From IMG/VR virus record IMGVR_UViG_3300028326_000008, positions 1 to 44,489 of that record: a stretch of 44,489 nucleotides of DNA; one strand, written 5' to 3'. This stretch comes from a virus. Lineage: Duplodnaviria; Caudoviricetes. Shown here piece after piece: positions 27,308 to 37,016 of the stretch; position 1 is the first letter of the stretch; each line of letters starts with the position of its first letter. The translations under genes were made by a program, and so were the position numbers. A model generated the notes under the pieces. The model had not been told where the DNA came from. It worked only from the letters and a program-made list of their open reading frames with translations, and did not search any database.

Positions 27308-28393
27308 ATGGCAAAGATTAAATCAATTTTCGCGCCCTACTCGGACAGGCTTCAGGTGATGGTGGATGCATCACAGGATAAGTTCGCACCTGTTTGGTGG
27401 AAGAACTACTTTGATTGGGGTATTCCTAGGATTTCGCTAACCTACGAGACTGTGATTGGACGGTCCAGAATTGAGGCTGCGGCTTCCGTTGTGGCTCACC
27501 AGTCAAGCGCTCCGCTCCGGTCTCGGGATAAGCTGTCGAAGCTTTCCGGAGAGGTGGCAGCCATTAAGGAAAAGTTTCAGCTGACCGAGGCTGACTACCG
27601 GGACTACCTCACCCTACAGAACCTTTCTGTGGATGATCAAACCAAGAAGCAGGCTTTGCTTAACCTCATGTTCTCTGATATGAAACGCGTCGGTGATGCC
27701 GCCATGAAGCGGATCGACATGATGGTACTGCAGGCTGTTTCAACCGGAAAAATCAGCATGACAGCCACCAACAATCCTGATGGTATTGTAACTGGTGACA
27801 TTGACCTGCTGATGCCGGTTGACAACTTCAAAAAGGTGGTAGAGAAGTGGTCTGTTCCAGAAACAGCAACCCCAATTACGGACATCAAGACGCAGGTGGA
27901 AGCCGGCGAAGATGCTGGAAGGTCGTTTGCCAAGATGCTCATGACTAGATCCACCTTCTGGAAATTGCAGAAGTGCAACGAGACCATGTCCATGATGGCG
28001 GGTTACTTCCGCATGAATACCAACCAGAAGCGGGTTGGAACGCTTGACGAAATCAACGAAATGTTGACTTCTAATGGTTTCCCAACTATCGAACTTGTGA
28101 ATGAGGCTATTGGGGTTGAATCTGATGGAAAGATTTCCGTTCAGAGACCTTTTAAGGACACTTCTGTAGTGTTTATTCCAGCCGGTAAACTTGGCCTAAT
28201 CAACTGTGCAATTCCGATTGAGCAGATGAAGCCTGTTGCCGGTATTTCCTATGCAACCTACGAGAACGGTCTTATCTCCAAGTGGCAAGAAAACGACCCA
28301 TTTGCAGAGTGGACGGCTATTGAGCTTAAGGCATTCCCTGGGCTTGAGGCTATCGACAGGATGTATATAATGGATGTTGAAACTAAGGCATAA
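27308..28393 (+). CDS. Major capsid protein (lambda E-like)
   Basis: 361 aa; QAVSTGKI, KWS...ATPITDI, VVFIP.GKLG; followed by a hairpin. Confidence 0.88.
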   Translation: MAKIKSIFAPYSDRLQVMVDASQDKFAPVWWKNYFDWGIPRISLTYETVIGRSRIEAAASVVAHQSSAPLRSRDKLSKLSGEVAAIKEKFQLTEADYRDYLTLQNLSVDDQTKKQALLNLMFSDMKRVGDAAMKRIDMMVLQAVSTGKISMTATNNPDGIVTGDIDLLMPVDNFKKVVEKWSVPETATPITDIKTQVEAGEDAGRSFAKMLMTRSTFWKLQKCNETMSMMAGYFRMNTNQKRVGTLDEINEMLTSNGFPTIELVNEAIGVESDGKISVQRPFKDTSVVFIPAGKLGLINCAIPIEQMKPVAGISYATYENGLISKWQENDPFAEWTAIELKAFPGLEAIDRMYIMDVETKA

Positions 28394-28396
28394 ATC

Positions 28397-28416
28397 AAGG
28401 GGGAGCAATCCCCCTT
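28397..28416 (+). terminator. Hairpin after the capsid gene (terminator or mRNA stabiliser)
   Basis: AAGGGGGA-GCAA-TCCCCCTT. Confidence 0.65.
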
Positions 28417-28430
28417 AACCTCTTTTACCC

Positions 28431-28748
28431 ATGACCAACCTTGAAGCGCTTAAGTCCACCATAATTGGCTATCCAGTTGAGGAGAATACCCACTTGCGGA
28501 TTCTCCTAGATAGGGGAATTACCCCGCAGGAGGAATACGCTGGAAAAAATCAAGCCTTTGAGCTGGCCACAGCAGATGTGCTATCTGCACTCCTGACTGC
28601 AGCCAACTTCTCTGAGGGAGACCTACAGATCAGCCTAACGGACAAAAGCAACTTCAGGAAGGTGGCCACTGGGATTTACAACAAATGGGGAGAGCCTAAC
28701 CCCTTAGAGGATAGGCAACCAACAGTCACGGGAATTAGCCCGTGGTAA
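28431..28748 (+). CDS. Head-tail adaptor
   Basis: Position after the capsid gene; MTNLEAL, SEGDLQIS, terminal W. Confidence 0.65.
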   Translation: MTNLEALKSTIIGYPVEENTHLRILLDRGITPQEEYAGKNQAFELATADVLSALLTAANFSEGDLQISLTDKSNFRKVATGIYNKWGEPNPLEDRQPTVTGISPW

Positions 28749-28771
28749 TTACTAACCAAATTTAATTTCAC

Positions 28772-29170
28772 ATGAAAAAGTTTATTGCAATGCTGATGGT
28801 TTTCGGGGCTATGCTCCTGATGCCTTTTGCCCTTTTGGCCTCTGATGGTAGCAACGATGCGGGGCCTATTAGCAGCATCTTCGTCACTTTCGTGACCCTC
28901 GTAGCCGCTATTCCGCTGGTTGTAGAAGCGGTAAAAAAGGTAATCAAAACCGACATCAAAATCATTAACCAGATCATCTCGTGGATTACGGGAATTGCCT
29001 TGACAATGGCGGGTTGGTGGCTCGGGTTCGGGTTCTTGGTTGGGCTGGTCTGGTGGCACGCGCTGATAGTTGGGCTGTGTGCATCACTTGCCGCTAATGG
29101 GGTTTACGATACAAGCATTTACGAGTATATCCTTCGAGCGGTGGGCATTCTGAAACCACTAAGCAAATAA
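28772..29170 (+). CDS. Multi-TM holin/antiholin-like protein
   Basis: Four hydrophobic segments; LAANGVYD. Confidence 0.7.
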   Translation: MKKFIAMLMVFGAMLLMPFALLASDGSNDAGPISSIFVTFVTLVAAIPLVVEAVKKVIKTDIKIINQIISWITGIALTMAGWWLGFGFLVGLVWWHALIVGLCASLAANGVYDTSIYEYILRAVGILKPLSK

Positions 29171-29176
29171 AGGATT

Positions 29177-29686
29177 ATGAGACAGCTGGAATTCATACAA
29201 CGGCTTTTCAACTATAGCGAAATGAAGGTGCAAGTGGCAGCATTTTATGGCGTAATCTTTTCAGGAATTTGCGCCTTCAGTGAGGGGTTTATGGGCATCT
29301 CTGGGAGCCTGTTCGTTCTCCTGTTCATCATCATGATTACTGACTACATCACAGGTCTTCAGGCATCAAAAAAGGAGGGACAGAAGTTCATCAGCAAAAG
29401 GGGATTGCAGTGGGTATTTAAGTTCGGAAGCTATATGGTATTTCTGGCTGTCTCCTACATGGTTCGAAGAGAGCTGCTAATTAATCATTTGGACATGCTT
29501 GAAATACCATTCAAGCTAATCCATTTCTACGTTTTAATCCACATTTTTTGGTGGGAGCTGAAGAGCATTGATGAAAACTTTGAAAGGCTCGGCTACTCCT
29601 TCAGGGTACTGAAGCTGGCGGATAGCCTATTTAAGGTAGTGAAGGGGATTTTTAAACGAAAAATGGAGGAAGAAAGTGGAAAGTAA
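29177..29686 (+). CDS. Holin (phage holin family 4-like)
   Basis: DYITG, ELKSIDEN, TM helices. Confidence 0.8.
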   Translation: MRQLEFIQRLFNYSEMKVQVAAFYGVIFSGICAFSEGFMGISGSLFVLLFIIMITDYITGLQASKKEGQKFISKRGLQWVFKFGSYMVFLAVSYMVRRELLINHLDMLEIPFKLIHFYVLIHIFWWELKSIDENFERLGYSFRVLKLADSLFKVVKGIFKRKMEEESGK

Positions 29687-30197
29687 GCTACCCTTTGAGG
29701 AAAAGGTAAAGCAGAATCGCGAGGCGTTTCTGGATCGAGTTAGGACCATTTCAAAGCAGCTGGGTATTAGACCAGAATGGCTAATGCTTGCTATGAATAT
29801 TGAAACAGCCGGTACTTTCAGGGCTGACAGTCAAAACCCAATGAGCCACGCAACTGGACTGATTCAGTTTATGCCGCACACAGCTATAAGCCTTGGCACA
29901 ACCTGCGATAATTTGAAGTCCATGACCAATGTGCAGCAGCTCGACTACGTGCTGAAGTATATGAAAACCTACAGCGGCAAGATGAACTCCTTTGAGGATG
30001 TTTACCTGAGTATATTTTACCCTGCTGCGGTTGGTAAGCCAGATTCATACCAGCTTGGTGCAACAGCTGAAATGCGGCGTAAGATTGCGCTCCAAAACTC
30101 AGCATACGATCAGAATAAGGATGCGGTAGTGACAAAAGCAGAGGTCAAATTCGCTATCCGAAAGTTCATTCCTAAAGGATTTGAGGGGGTATTCTAG
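29676..30197 (+). CDS. Endolysin, lytic transglycosylase/lysozyme-like
   Basis: IETAG, ATGLIQFMPHTA, QQLDYV. Confidence 0.85.
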   Translation: MESKLPFEEKVKQNREAFLDRVRTISKQLGIRPEWLMLAMNIETAGTFRADSQNPMSHATGLIQFMPHTAISLGTTCDNLKSMTNVQQLDYVLKYMKTYSGKMNSFEDVYLSIFYPAAVGKPDSYQLGATAEMRRKIALQNSAYDQNKDAVVTKAEVKFAIRKFIPKGFEGVF

Positions 30198-30502
30198 TGT
30201 TGAGCAAAAGACCACATACGCTAACCTTTAGGTGGAACTCGGAGCCTACTATTGATGAGGCTACCGGTAGACCTACTGAAGGTGGTGAGGATTCAATCAC
30301 TATACAATGCCGATACCAGCCAAACGGTACCGGAAAGTTTGTTGAGTCGGAAGGTGGTATTAGCCTAACCTATGCATATAAGGTCTTTTCAGATGTACTG
30401 CCGGTCATTATTCCCGCTGGTGCAACTACGGAAATTGAAGGAAAATTGCTCACCGTCATTCGGCACGATAACATGCAAATGCACTCCAGAATATGGGTAT
30501 AG
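30197..30502 (+). CDS. Head closure protein
   Basis: Synteny; beta-rich, 101 aa. Confidence 0.6.
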   Translation: MLSKRPHTLTFRWNSEPTIDEATGRPTEGGEDSITIQCRYQPNGTGKFVESEGGISLTYAYKVFSDVLPVIIPAGATTEIEGKLLTVIRHDNMQMHSRIWV

Positions 30503-30909
30503 AGCTCAAGACGAACATCAATACCCTCATGAAAAAGTATGGGGGAAACGTGGCAAGGATTGCTGAAGAGCGGGCCTTGGCCAAGCTGCAATACCTCGGT
30601 GAGCTATTTCTTGAGATATCGCGTGCATCTGGAAACTATACTGATAGAACCGGAAACCTGAGAAGCTCACTCGGCTATGTGGTAGCCTTAAATGGTGAGA
30701 TAGTATCCCGCAATTTCGGAGGTGGCAAGGGAGGCGAAAGGTCAGAGAAGCTGGCATCACAGATTGCCAGCAGGCATTCCAAGGGGTATGTGCTTATCTG
30801 CATGGCTGGAATGGAGTATTCCATTTATGTGGCTCTACGTGGCTACGATGTAATTGACTCCGGAGAGGTAAAGGTTAGAAAATCATGGGATAAGCTGCTA
30901 AAGAAATGA
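30493..30909 (+). CDS. Neck protein (HK97 gp10-like)
   Basis: YTDRTGNLRSS, AGMEYSIYV. Confidence 0.8.
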   Translation: MGIELKTNINTLMKKYGGNVARIAEERALAKLQYLGELFLEISRASGNYTDRTGNLRSSLGYVVALNGEIVSRNFGGGKGGERSEKLASQIASRHSKGYVLICMAGMEYSIYVALRGYDVIDSGEVKVRKSWDKLLKK

Positions 30910-31292
30910 AAACCACCTACGACATAGAAAACGCCCTGTATGGGTTGCTGAATGTGTCAGATTTCAAATCTCTGTTTGCTGGCAAGCTATATAACGGCAG
31001 ACGGCCTGCAACGGCAACGGTGGCAGAGGATGTAGTTATTAACGCTACGACAGTTGATGCCGACCAAGTTCAGGGTGGAGTGGCCTACGTGAAGTGCTGG
31101 GCCAAGGATGTTGGCGGATTTGCCAACCCCAAGCTGGATGGAATCATCAAGAAGGCATCAGAACTTATTGAGAGCTCAAGTGTGGATGGGTATGAGTTTG
31201 AAATCCTTTCCACAAGCACGATACCCGATGACCAGAACGCTGGCTGGTCCATCGGCATAGTTAGAATTGAATGTTTCATTAATAATTTGTAA
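30906..31292 (+). CDS. Tail terminator
   Basis: Synteny before the tail tube gene. Confidence 0.6.
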   Translation: MKTTYDIENALYGLLNVSDFKSLFAGKLYNGRRPATATVAEDVVINATTVDADQVQGGVAYVKCWAKDVGGFANPKLDGIIKKASELIESSSVDGYEFEILSTSTIPDDQNAGWSIGIVRIECFINNL

Positions 31293-31294
31293 AA

Positions 31295-31798
31295 ATGGCA
31301 AAGAAATTCACACGAGGGTTACAATCCCTCAAGTTTGCACCCGCCTCGACAGATGGAACCATGCCAACGGAAGGGCTTGTCGCCGTCGACTGGTCCAAGG
31401 AAGGATCAGTAACGATCAACATTGGGGAGGCGGAGGAAACCAAGATCAACATCGAGGAGGCTGATACTGCGCTGAGGGTGCTCTACGGAAGTAGGGATGT
31501 CAACATCACCGCTGAAATCTACAATACCTCTCTTGATTCGATGGCACAGTTCTTTGGTGGAGAAGTAGCTGTAAGCGAATGGACACCTGACGCAGAGATG
31601 GCTGCCGAAAACCAAGCTGTCGAGCTTACCACGCGCTCAGATTCCGGAAAGGCGATGAAAATCAACATTCCTGCTGCAGCAATTATGGCTTCCATGGGCG
31701 GGAATCTTACGAAAAAGGATGGCTTGACCATCAAGCTGAAGATTACCCCGCTTATCGTGGTTGCCGGTACGCCTCCATGGACTTGGGAAGAAGTCTAG
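31295..31798 (+). CDS. Major tail (tube) protein
   Basis: Synteny; acidic, beta-rich, 167 aa. Confidence 0.75.
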   Translation: MAKKFTRGLQSLKFAPASTDGTMPTEGLVAVDWSKEGSVTINIGEAEETKINIEEADTALRVLYGSRDVNITAEIYNTSLDSMAQFFGGEVAVSEWTPDAEMAAENQAVELTTRSDSGKAMKINIPAAAIMASMGGNLTKKDGLTIKLKITPLIVVAGTPPWTWEEV

Positions 31799-31844
31799 GA
31801 AGCTAGGAGCATTGAAGGGGGTTCGAATCCCCCTTATTCCACCA
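31785..31844 (+). ncRNA. tRNA-like element without an anticodon arm
   Basis: T-arm GGGGG-TTCGAAT-CCCCC, 7-nt acceptor strand, ACCA. Confidence 0.5.
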
Positions 31845-31859
31845 CTAATACTTACAAAA

Positions 31860-32357
31860 ATGAGTGAACAGGTAGCTAAAACGCTTACAGAGGAGCCAAT
31901 CCAGTTTGAAATAAGGCCAAGAAGAGCAGGGTTGATGAAGGTGCTTGAGCGGCTAAGAATTCTTAAAAAAACGAGGTCTTTTAGCATATACCCTGCAACA
32001 TTGGGCATGCTGGAAGAGATGGCCGCAAATGGTGAAAAGGTGAACATTGGTGACATATCCGGTATAGGTGAAGCTATTTCTTCAGCCAGCAAAAATGGGC
32101 TGCACGTTTGCCGATTTTTAGCCGTGGCCATACTTCGCGATAAGGGGCCTATTGCCAAGGTTCGTGTGGAGATCCTTGCTAGGTTTCTTCACCAAAACCT
32201 AACATCCAAGAGCCTTGCGTCACTGGTTGATGTGGTGATAAAGCAAACCGACATCGCTTTTTTTTTAAGCATTATGAAATCAATCGAAAACAAAGACGGG
32301 AAAGAAAAGAGCGGAAAATCGACAACTCCCCCTGGGGCATCGCAGGCGGAGCCATAA
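31860..32357 (+). CDS. Tail assembly chaperone (gpG-like)
   Basis: Between the tail tube and tape measure genes. Confidence 0.75.
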   Translation: MSEQVAKTLTEEPIQFEIRPRRAGLMKVLERLRILKKTRSFSIYPATLGMLEEMAANGEKVNIGDISGIGEAISSASKNGLHVCRFLAVAILRDKGPIAKVRVEILARFLHQNLTSKSLASLVDVVIKQTDIAFFLSIMKSIENKDGKEKSGKSTTPPGASQAEP

Positions 32358-32506
32358 AGTATTACCGATTCTCCTGGGACTTTGTCCTTTGGGGAATATC
32401 GATGCAAAACCTGATGCTGCTGATGCAGGCCATACAGGATTATGAGGATAGCGATGAGGTGGATGAGGACGAATTTGAGGAACTGTTTAAGGGGAATAAG
32501 CGATGA
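32261..32506 (+). CDS. -1 frameshift extension of the tail chaperone (gpGT-like)
   Basis: T TTT TTA slippery site; the -1 frame is open to TGA 32504-32506 (…SPWGIAGGAIKYYRFSWDFVLWGISMQNLMLL…). Confidence 0.7.
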   Translation, partial: FFKHYEINRKQRRERKERKIDNSPWGIAGGAIKYYRFSWDFVLWGISMQNLMLLMQAIQDYEDSDEVDEDEFEELFKGNKR

Positions 32507-35500
32507 GTGGTGCAGTTGACGAAAGCCTATACTTTGTAAGCCGAATAGACCTAGATGGTCTGAGAGGGGATGTAGCCAAAATTGAGCAGCAGCTGAGGGG
32601 AATAACCAGCACGGCCAAGGGTGAAGCGCAAAAGTTCGACGATACCTATAAACGGTTGACTCAGGTAGTTGCTGGATACTTTTCCCTAACATTTGGAGCA
32701 CACCTTGCCTCAAGTATTATTGAAGTTCGTGGTCAATTCCAGCAGCTTGACATTGCATTTACTACCATGCTCGGTAGTAAGGAGAAATCATCAAAGTTAA
32801 TGGCCCAAACGGTTGAACTTGCGGCCAAGACACCCTACTCACTCCTTGAAGTTGCACAAGTGGAAAAAGGCTTAATCGCCTTTGGTGAAGATGCTTCCAA
32901 TGTTGCTGATACCATGACGCGCTTGGGAAATATTTCCTCTGGAACTGGGGCCAATATTGGTGAATTGGGTCAGGCCTACGGAAAGGTTATGAGCAAGGGA
33001 AAGATGCAGGCAGAAGAGCTCAACCAGTTCACAGAGCGAGGGGTTCCTATCGTTGCTGAACTTGCCAAAATGTATGGGGTTACTGCGGCTGAAGTTTACA
33101 AGATGGTGGAGCAGGGAAAGGTTGGCTTTCCTGAATTGCAGCAGGTTATTAAGAACGTTACCGATGAAGGAGGAATGTTCTACAACCTCATGGAGAAGCA
33201 ATCCACCACGTTGACAGGTAAGATTTCCAACCTTGGTGATGCGATCGACAACATGTATAATGACCTCGCTGCAGGAAACGATGGTATCGTTGGGGATAGC
33301 ATTGACGGTCTTATTTCGCTAGTGAACAACTACGAAACGGTGCTCAAGGTATTGGAGAGCATGGTTGTGGCCTATGGTGCTTACAAAACGGCTCTGATTG
33401 TCAATTCAATGACAATGAAGGGACTTACCATTGCTGAGAACCTTCACCGTATTGCAATGATTGCAAAGGAAAAGGCGCTGAAGCTGGCCACTATTGCACA
33501 GAATGCTTTCAATAAAGCCGCTATGATGAATCCCCTTGGGCTGATTATTGGTGGTTTAGTTGCGGCTACCGGTGCACTGCTTATTTATGGAAAGTCCTCA
33601 AAATCGGTTGCAGAATCACAGGATGCAGCCGCTGGTTATACGGAGGAATACTCCAAGAAGCTTACAGAGCAGCGGGCCGAACTTGAAAAAAACATTTCAA
33701 TTGCTTCAAATAACTACAAGTCGCTCGAGGAAAGGAATAGCGCACTTAAAAGAGTCAAGGACTCTAGCAATGGATATCTCAATAGCCTTACGCTTGAGAA
33801 CCTGAAAACATCAGAAGGAACCACTCTCCTTAAGAATTACAATGAAGAGCTGGAGCGCAAGATTCGTTCTGACGCCTTGGCCGACAAAAAAACGGCCATA
33901 TTTAAGCAGAAGGCCGACCTTGAAATTCAAAATGATAAGCTCAATAGCGCTATAGTGGCAGTTCCTACCACTGAAATGCAGGAAATCAGCAACAAGCAAA
34001 ATCAGCTTGCCCTTAAAATCAACCAAGATTTAATTGCTGGCCTTGATACTCAAATAGCCAAACTTGATGATATTGATAAGCGGTTAAGCGCAGGACCTAA
34101 AGGTAACGACAAGGACATCCCTCAAACCATTGCCGATATTGACAAAAAGATCAAGGAGTTAAGGGATGCCCAGCTAACGTCAACAATCAAGAGTGAATAT
34201 GAATCCTATGAGGCTAAAATAGCAGTATTGGAGGCCAAAAAGGAGGCCATTACTGGTAAAAAAGCAGATAAGGAAGCCTCTAAAGATGAGAAGGATGCTG
34301 CCAAAACTGAGCTAGATGCACTCAAGGAAGAATTGGACAACAAGAAGTATTTCTACAAGGACGATTTAGCTGCATACCAGCAATACCTTGCAGACAAAGA
34401 AGCCCTTCTTTTTGGTTCTGGGAAGGATGATCAGCTGAAGGCCGTTCATGATGCACAGAAGGATAACGACAGGGAGATTGCCCAGAACTTGGCTGACTTA
34501 GCAAAGAAGTATGAAACCTTTGAGCAGCAAAAAAAGGATGTTTCTGCCAGGTATGCTAAAGAACGGCTAACCCTAATTGAGGCAGGGAAAACCGAGGAAA
34601 TCGCCCAGCTGGATAAGGCGGAGAAGGAAGAGCTAAAGAACATGGAAACCAACCATGTTAAGGAGAATGCCTCCTACCAATACCTATTTGAAAGCATCGA
34701 TAAGCTTAGCGTTGATGCACTGAAAAAAAGAATTGCCCGGCTAAAGCAGGATTTGGCCATGACGGCCACTACCGCAGAGGAGAAGTTGGCTTTAGAAAAG
34801 GGATTGGCAGAGGCCAGCGAGGCTCTTGTGTCAAGGGCTCCAATGGCTGCACTAAAAGAGTTGAGTGCAAGGGCAAAAGAGCTAAAGAAGCAAATCAAGG
34901 AGGCAAAAACGGATGAGGAGAAAGCCCCACTTCAGGCAGAGCTGGATGGTGTCACCCAGAAGAAGGGGGAGGCTTTAGCAGATGTATTTGGTAACGTTTC
35001 AAGCCGTCTAGGTGAGGCAAAGGAGCTGGCTGGAATGTTCAGTTCGTCCCTAGGTGAGGCTGTAGGTATGGCCTCCGATTTAGCCGGTTCATTTGCTCAA
35101 ATGGCATCCGGTAACTATATCGCTGGGGCCATTGGTATAGCAACAACCCTCGCTAAAGTCATTGTGGGAAATCAAGGGCCTAGCTACGCGGAAAGGGAAG
35201 CGGCCAAAACAAAAGTCCTAACCGATGCAATTACTGAAACGAACGCTGCACTGGAAAGACAAATAAGGCTTACTGAGTTACTTCAGGGATTGCAAAAGAG
35301 TGCTGGCTATGCCGATGCTATACAGGAAACTGCTGATGCGTTCAGTAAGACCACGACGGATTTAGAAAACGAGCTAAAGGCGTTTACCAGTAAAATAAAC
35401 GATACCAAGGCTGTATTGATGAATAATTTTATGAAGGAAAAATTCACCAACATCCTTGGAACAACAGATGAAGGCCAAAAGCAACTTGCAGATATACGAG

Positions 35501-36375
35501 CTCTTCTAAATAGTAAGGATTTTAAGGACTTTACAAACGCAGATTGGACTAAGGTAATTGATGCTGCTGCTGGACAGGAAAAAGAAAGGTTACAGAACCT
35601 TTACGATCAATGGATTTCGCTTCAGCAAAAGCAACAAGAATACTTCAATACCTGGGCTGAAGGGCTGACCGGCACATCCTACGATAGCATGGTAGAGGCC
35701 ATTGCATCCGGATTCGAAGATGGTAATTACTCTGCGGAGGAGTTTTCCAAGAACTTCGAAACATTGATGAAAACGGCCATTCTTAACGCGCTAAAAACGC
35801 AGTGGATTGAGGAGCCCATGAAGGAGTGGAACGCACACTTTGCCGACGCCATGAAGGATGGGGTTCTCACCAAGGAGGAGGCTGATAACCTGAAGGCAGA
35901 AATGCAAACCATCAAGGACAATGCTGCGGCAGGATTGGAAGCCATTAACCAAGCCGGCATTGATTTGCTCGGTGACACAACCGATAGCGCAAAAGGTCTC
36001 TCGGGTGCCATTCAGGGCATGAGCCAGGACAGTGCCGATCTCTTGGCTGGCCAGATGGGTGCTATTCGAATACATGTTGCAGATATTGCCGCTGCGATTA
36101 CAGGAAGTTTCAATAGCGACCTGAAAGATGCCTGGAAAACACCAACTGACCTACTAAGCAATACACTCGGGGTAGGCATTGGCAACATGAGCGATAGCCT
36201 CATGCTTATGCAGGAAACATCTGCCAGAGCTAACGATATTCTATTGAATATACAAAACAACACAGCAAGGCTGTGGAACATTGAGGTATTGCTTTCAAAC
36301 TTGAATAGCGGAGGCGTAAGCAATGGTGGTGGATACAACAATTCATTTCGGGAAGACCGAATAATGGGGAGGTAA
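32503..36375 (+). CDS. Tape measure protein
   Basis: 1290 aa; FTTMLGS, AAKTPY, ELNQFTERGVPI tape-measure domain. Confidence 0.95.
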   Translation: MSGAVDESLYFVSRIDLDGLRGDVAKIEQQLRGITSTAKGEAQKFDDTYKRLTQVVAGYFSLTFGAHLASSIIEVRGQFQQLDIAFTTMLGSKEKSSKLMAQTVELAAKTPYSLLEVAQVEKGLIAFGEDASNVADTMTRLGNISSGTGANIGELGQAYGKVMSKGKMQAEELNQFTERGVPIVAELAKMYGVTAAEVYKMVEQGKVGFPELQQVIKNVTDEGGMFYNLMEKQSTTLTGKISNLGDAIDNMYNDLAAGNDGIVGDSIDGLISLVNNYETVLKVLESMVVAYGAYKTALIVNSMTMKGLTIAENLHRIAMIAKEKALKLATIAQNAFNKAAMMNPLGLIIGGLVAATGALLIYGKSSKSVAESQDAAAGYTEEYSKKLTEQRAELEKNISIASNNYKSLEERNSALKRVKDSSNGYLNSLTLENLKTSEGTTLLKNYNEELERKIRSDALADKKTAIFKQKADLEIQNDKLNSAIVAVPTTEMQEISNKQNQLALKINQDLIAGLDTQIAKLDDIDKRLSAGPKGNDKDIPQTIADIDKKIKELRDAQLTSTIKSEYESYEAKIAVLEAKKEAITGKKADKEASKDEKDAAKTELDALKEELDNKKYFYKDDLAAYQQYLADKEALLFGSGKDDQLKAVHDAQKDNDREIAQNLADLAKKYETFEQQKKDVSARYAKERLTLIEAGKTEEIAQLDKAEKEELKNMETNHVKENASYQYLFESIDKLSVDALKKRIARLKQDLAMTATTAEEKLALEKGLAEASEALVSRAPMAALKELSARAKELKKQIKEAKTDEEKAPLQAELDGVTQKKGEALADVFGNVSSRLGEAKELAGMFSSSLGEAVGMASDLAGSFAQMASGNYIAGAIGIATTLAKVIVGNQGPSYAEREAAKTKVLTDAITETNAALERQIRLTELLQGLQKSAGYADAIQETADAFSKTTTDLENELKAFTSKINDTKAVLMNNFMKEKFTNILGTTDEGQKQLADIRALLNSKDFKDFTNADWTKVIDAAAGQEKERLQNLYDQWISLQQKQQEYFNTWAEGLTGTSYDSMVEAIASGFEDGNYSAEEFSKNFETLMKTAILNALKTQWIEEPMKEWNAHFADAMKDGVLTKEEADNLKAEMQTIKDNAAAGLEAINQAGIDLLGDTTDSAKGLSGAIQGMSQDSADLLAGQMGAIRIHVADIAAAITGSFNSDLKDAWKTPTDLLSNTLGVGIGNMSDSLMLMQETSARANDILLNIQNNTARLWNIEVLLSNLNSGGVSNGGGYNNSFREDRIMGR

Positions 36376-36378
36376 TAT

Positions 36379-37014
36379 ATGCTGAGCGGAAGATTTACTG
36401 TAGACGGAGTTGACCTTTATGACATCTACAAATTCATTGTCGAAAAAGCGGATGGGTTGGATGTTCTGCCAAAGCCCAAGAAACGGACTACTTACGACTG
36501 GGCAGACGAAAGTGGAGTGGAAGTTGATCCTGCCACTGACCTAGTTTTTGAGTCAATGGGAATAACGCTTACAGGTAGAGTCGTTGGAAACAGCTACAGC
36601 CTTGGGATGAGTAAAGTTAACGCCTTGCTAGCCTTGATTTCCAAGGATGGGTTTCACCTGCTCAAGAGTGGATTCAGAAATAAGGTTTATCCGGTTCTCC
36701 TGGAGGATTCTACAGCCAAGCCTCTTTTTGGATTAACTCGGCAGGAGGTTGTTATTGACCTAACCCTCAAGCTGACCTGCCCCTTCCCCGAGCGTAGGCA
36801 GGGAGCTGCTACCGTAACCGCCCTGCAGGCTGTCGCCGTTCGAGTTGATACCGGCAAGGAGTTTTCGGTTTGGTGGGGAGATGGAAGCATGGATAAGGGG
36901 TTTAATGAACTCACTCATGAGTACCAAGCAGGAAATACCTACCCAGTGCTGGTGGCAGGAACCGGGATTACTTGGGCAACATTTGACAATGATAGCGTGG
37001 TGATGGAGGATTAG
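36379..37014 (+). CDS. Distal tail protein
   Basis: Follows the tape measure gene; DW.DE.G.E motif; PKD-like WGDG C-terminus. Confidence 0.7.
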   Translation: MLSGRFTVDGVDLYDIYKFIVEKADGLDVLPKPKKRTTYDWADESGVEVDPATDLVFESMGITLTGRVVGNSYSLGMSKVNALLALISKDGFHLLKSGFRNKVYPVLLEDSTAKPLFGLTRQEVVIDLTLKLTCPFPERRQGAATVTALQAVAVRVDTGKEFSVWWGDGSMDKGFNELTHEYQAGNTYPVLVAGTGITWATFDNDSVVMED

Positions 37015-37016
37015 CG

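Noticed and set aside
31785-31844. Functional decoding tRNA, or att site
   Set aside because: No anticodon arm; integration here would split the tail operon, and a better att candidate lies at 44363
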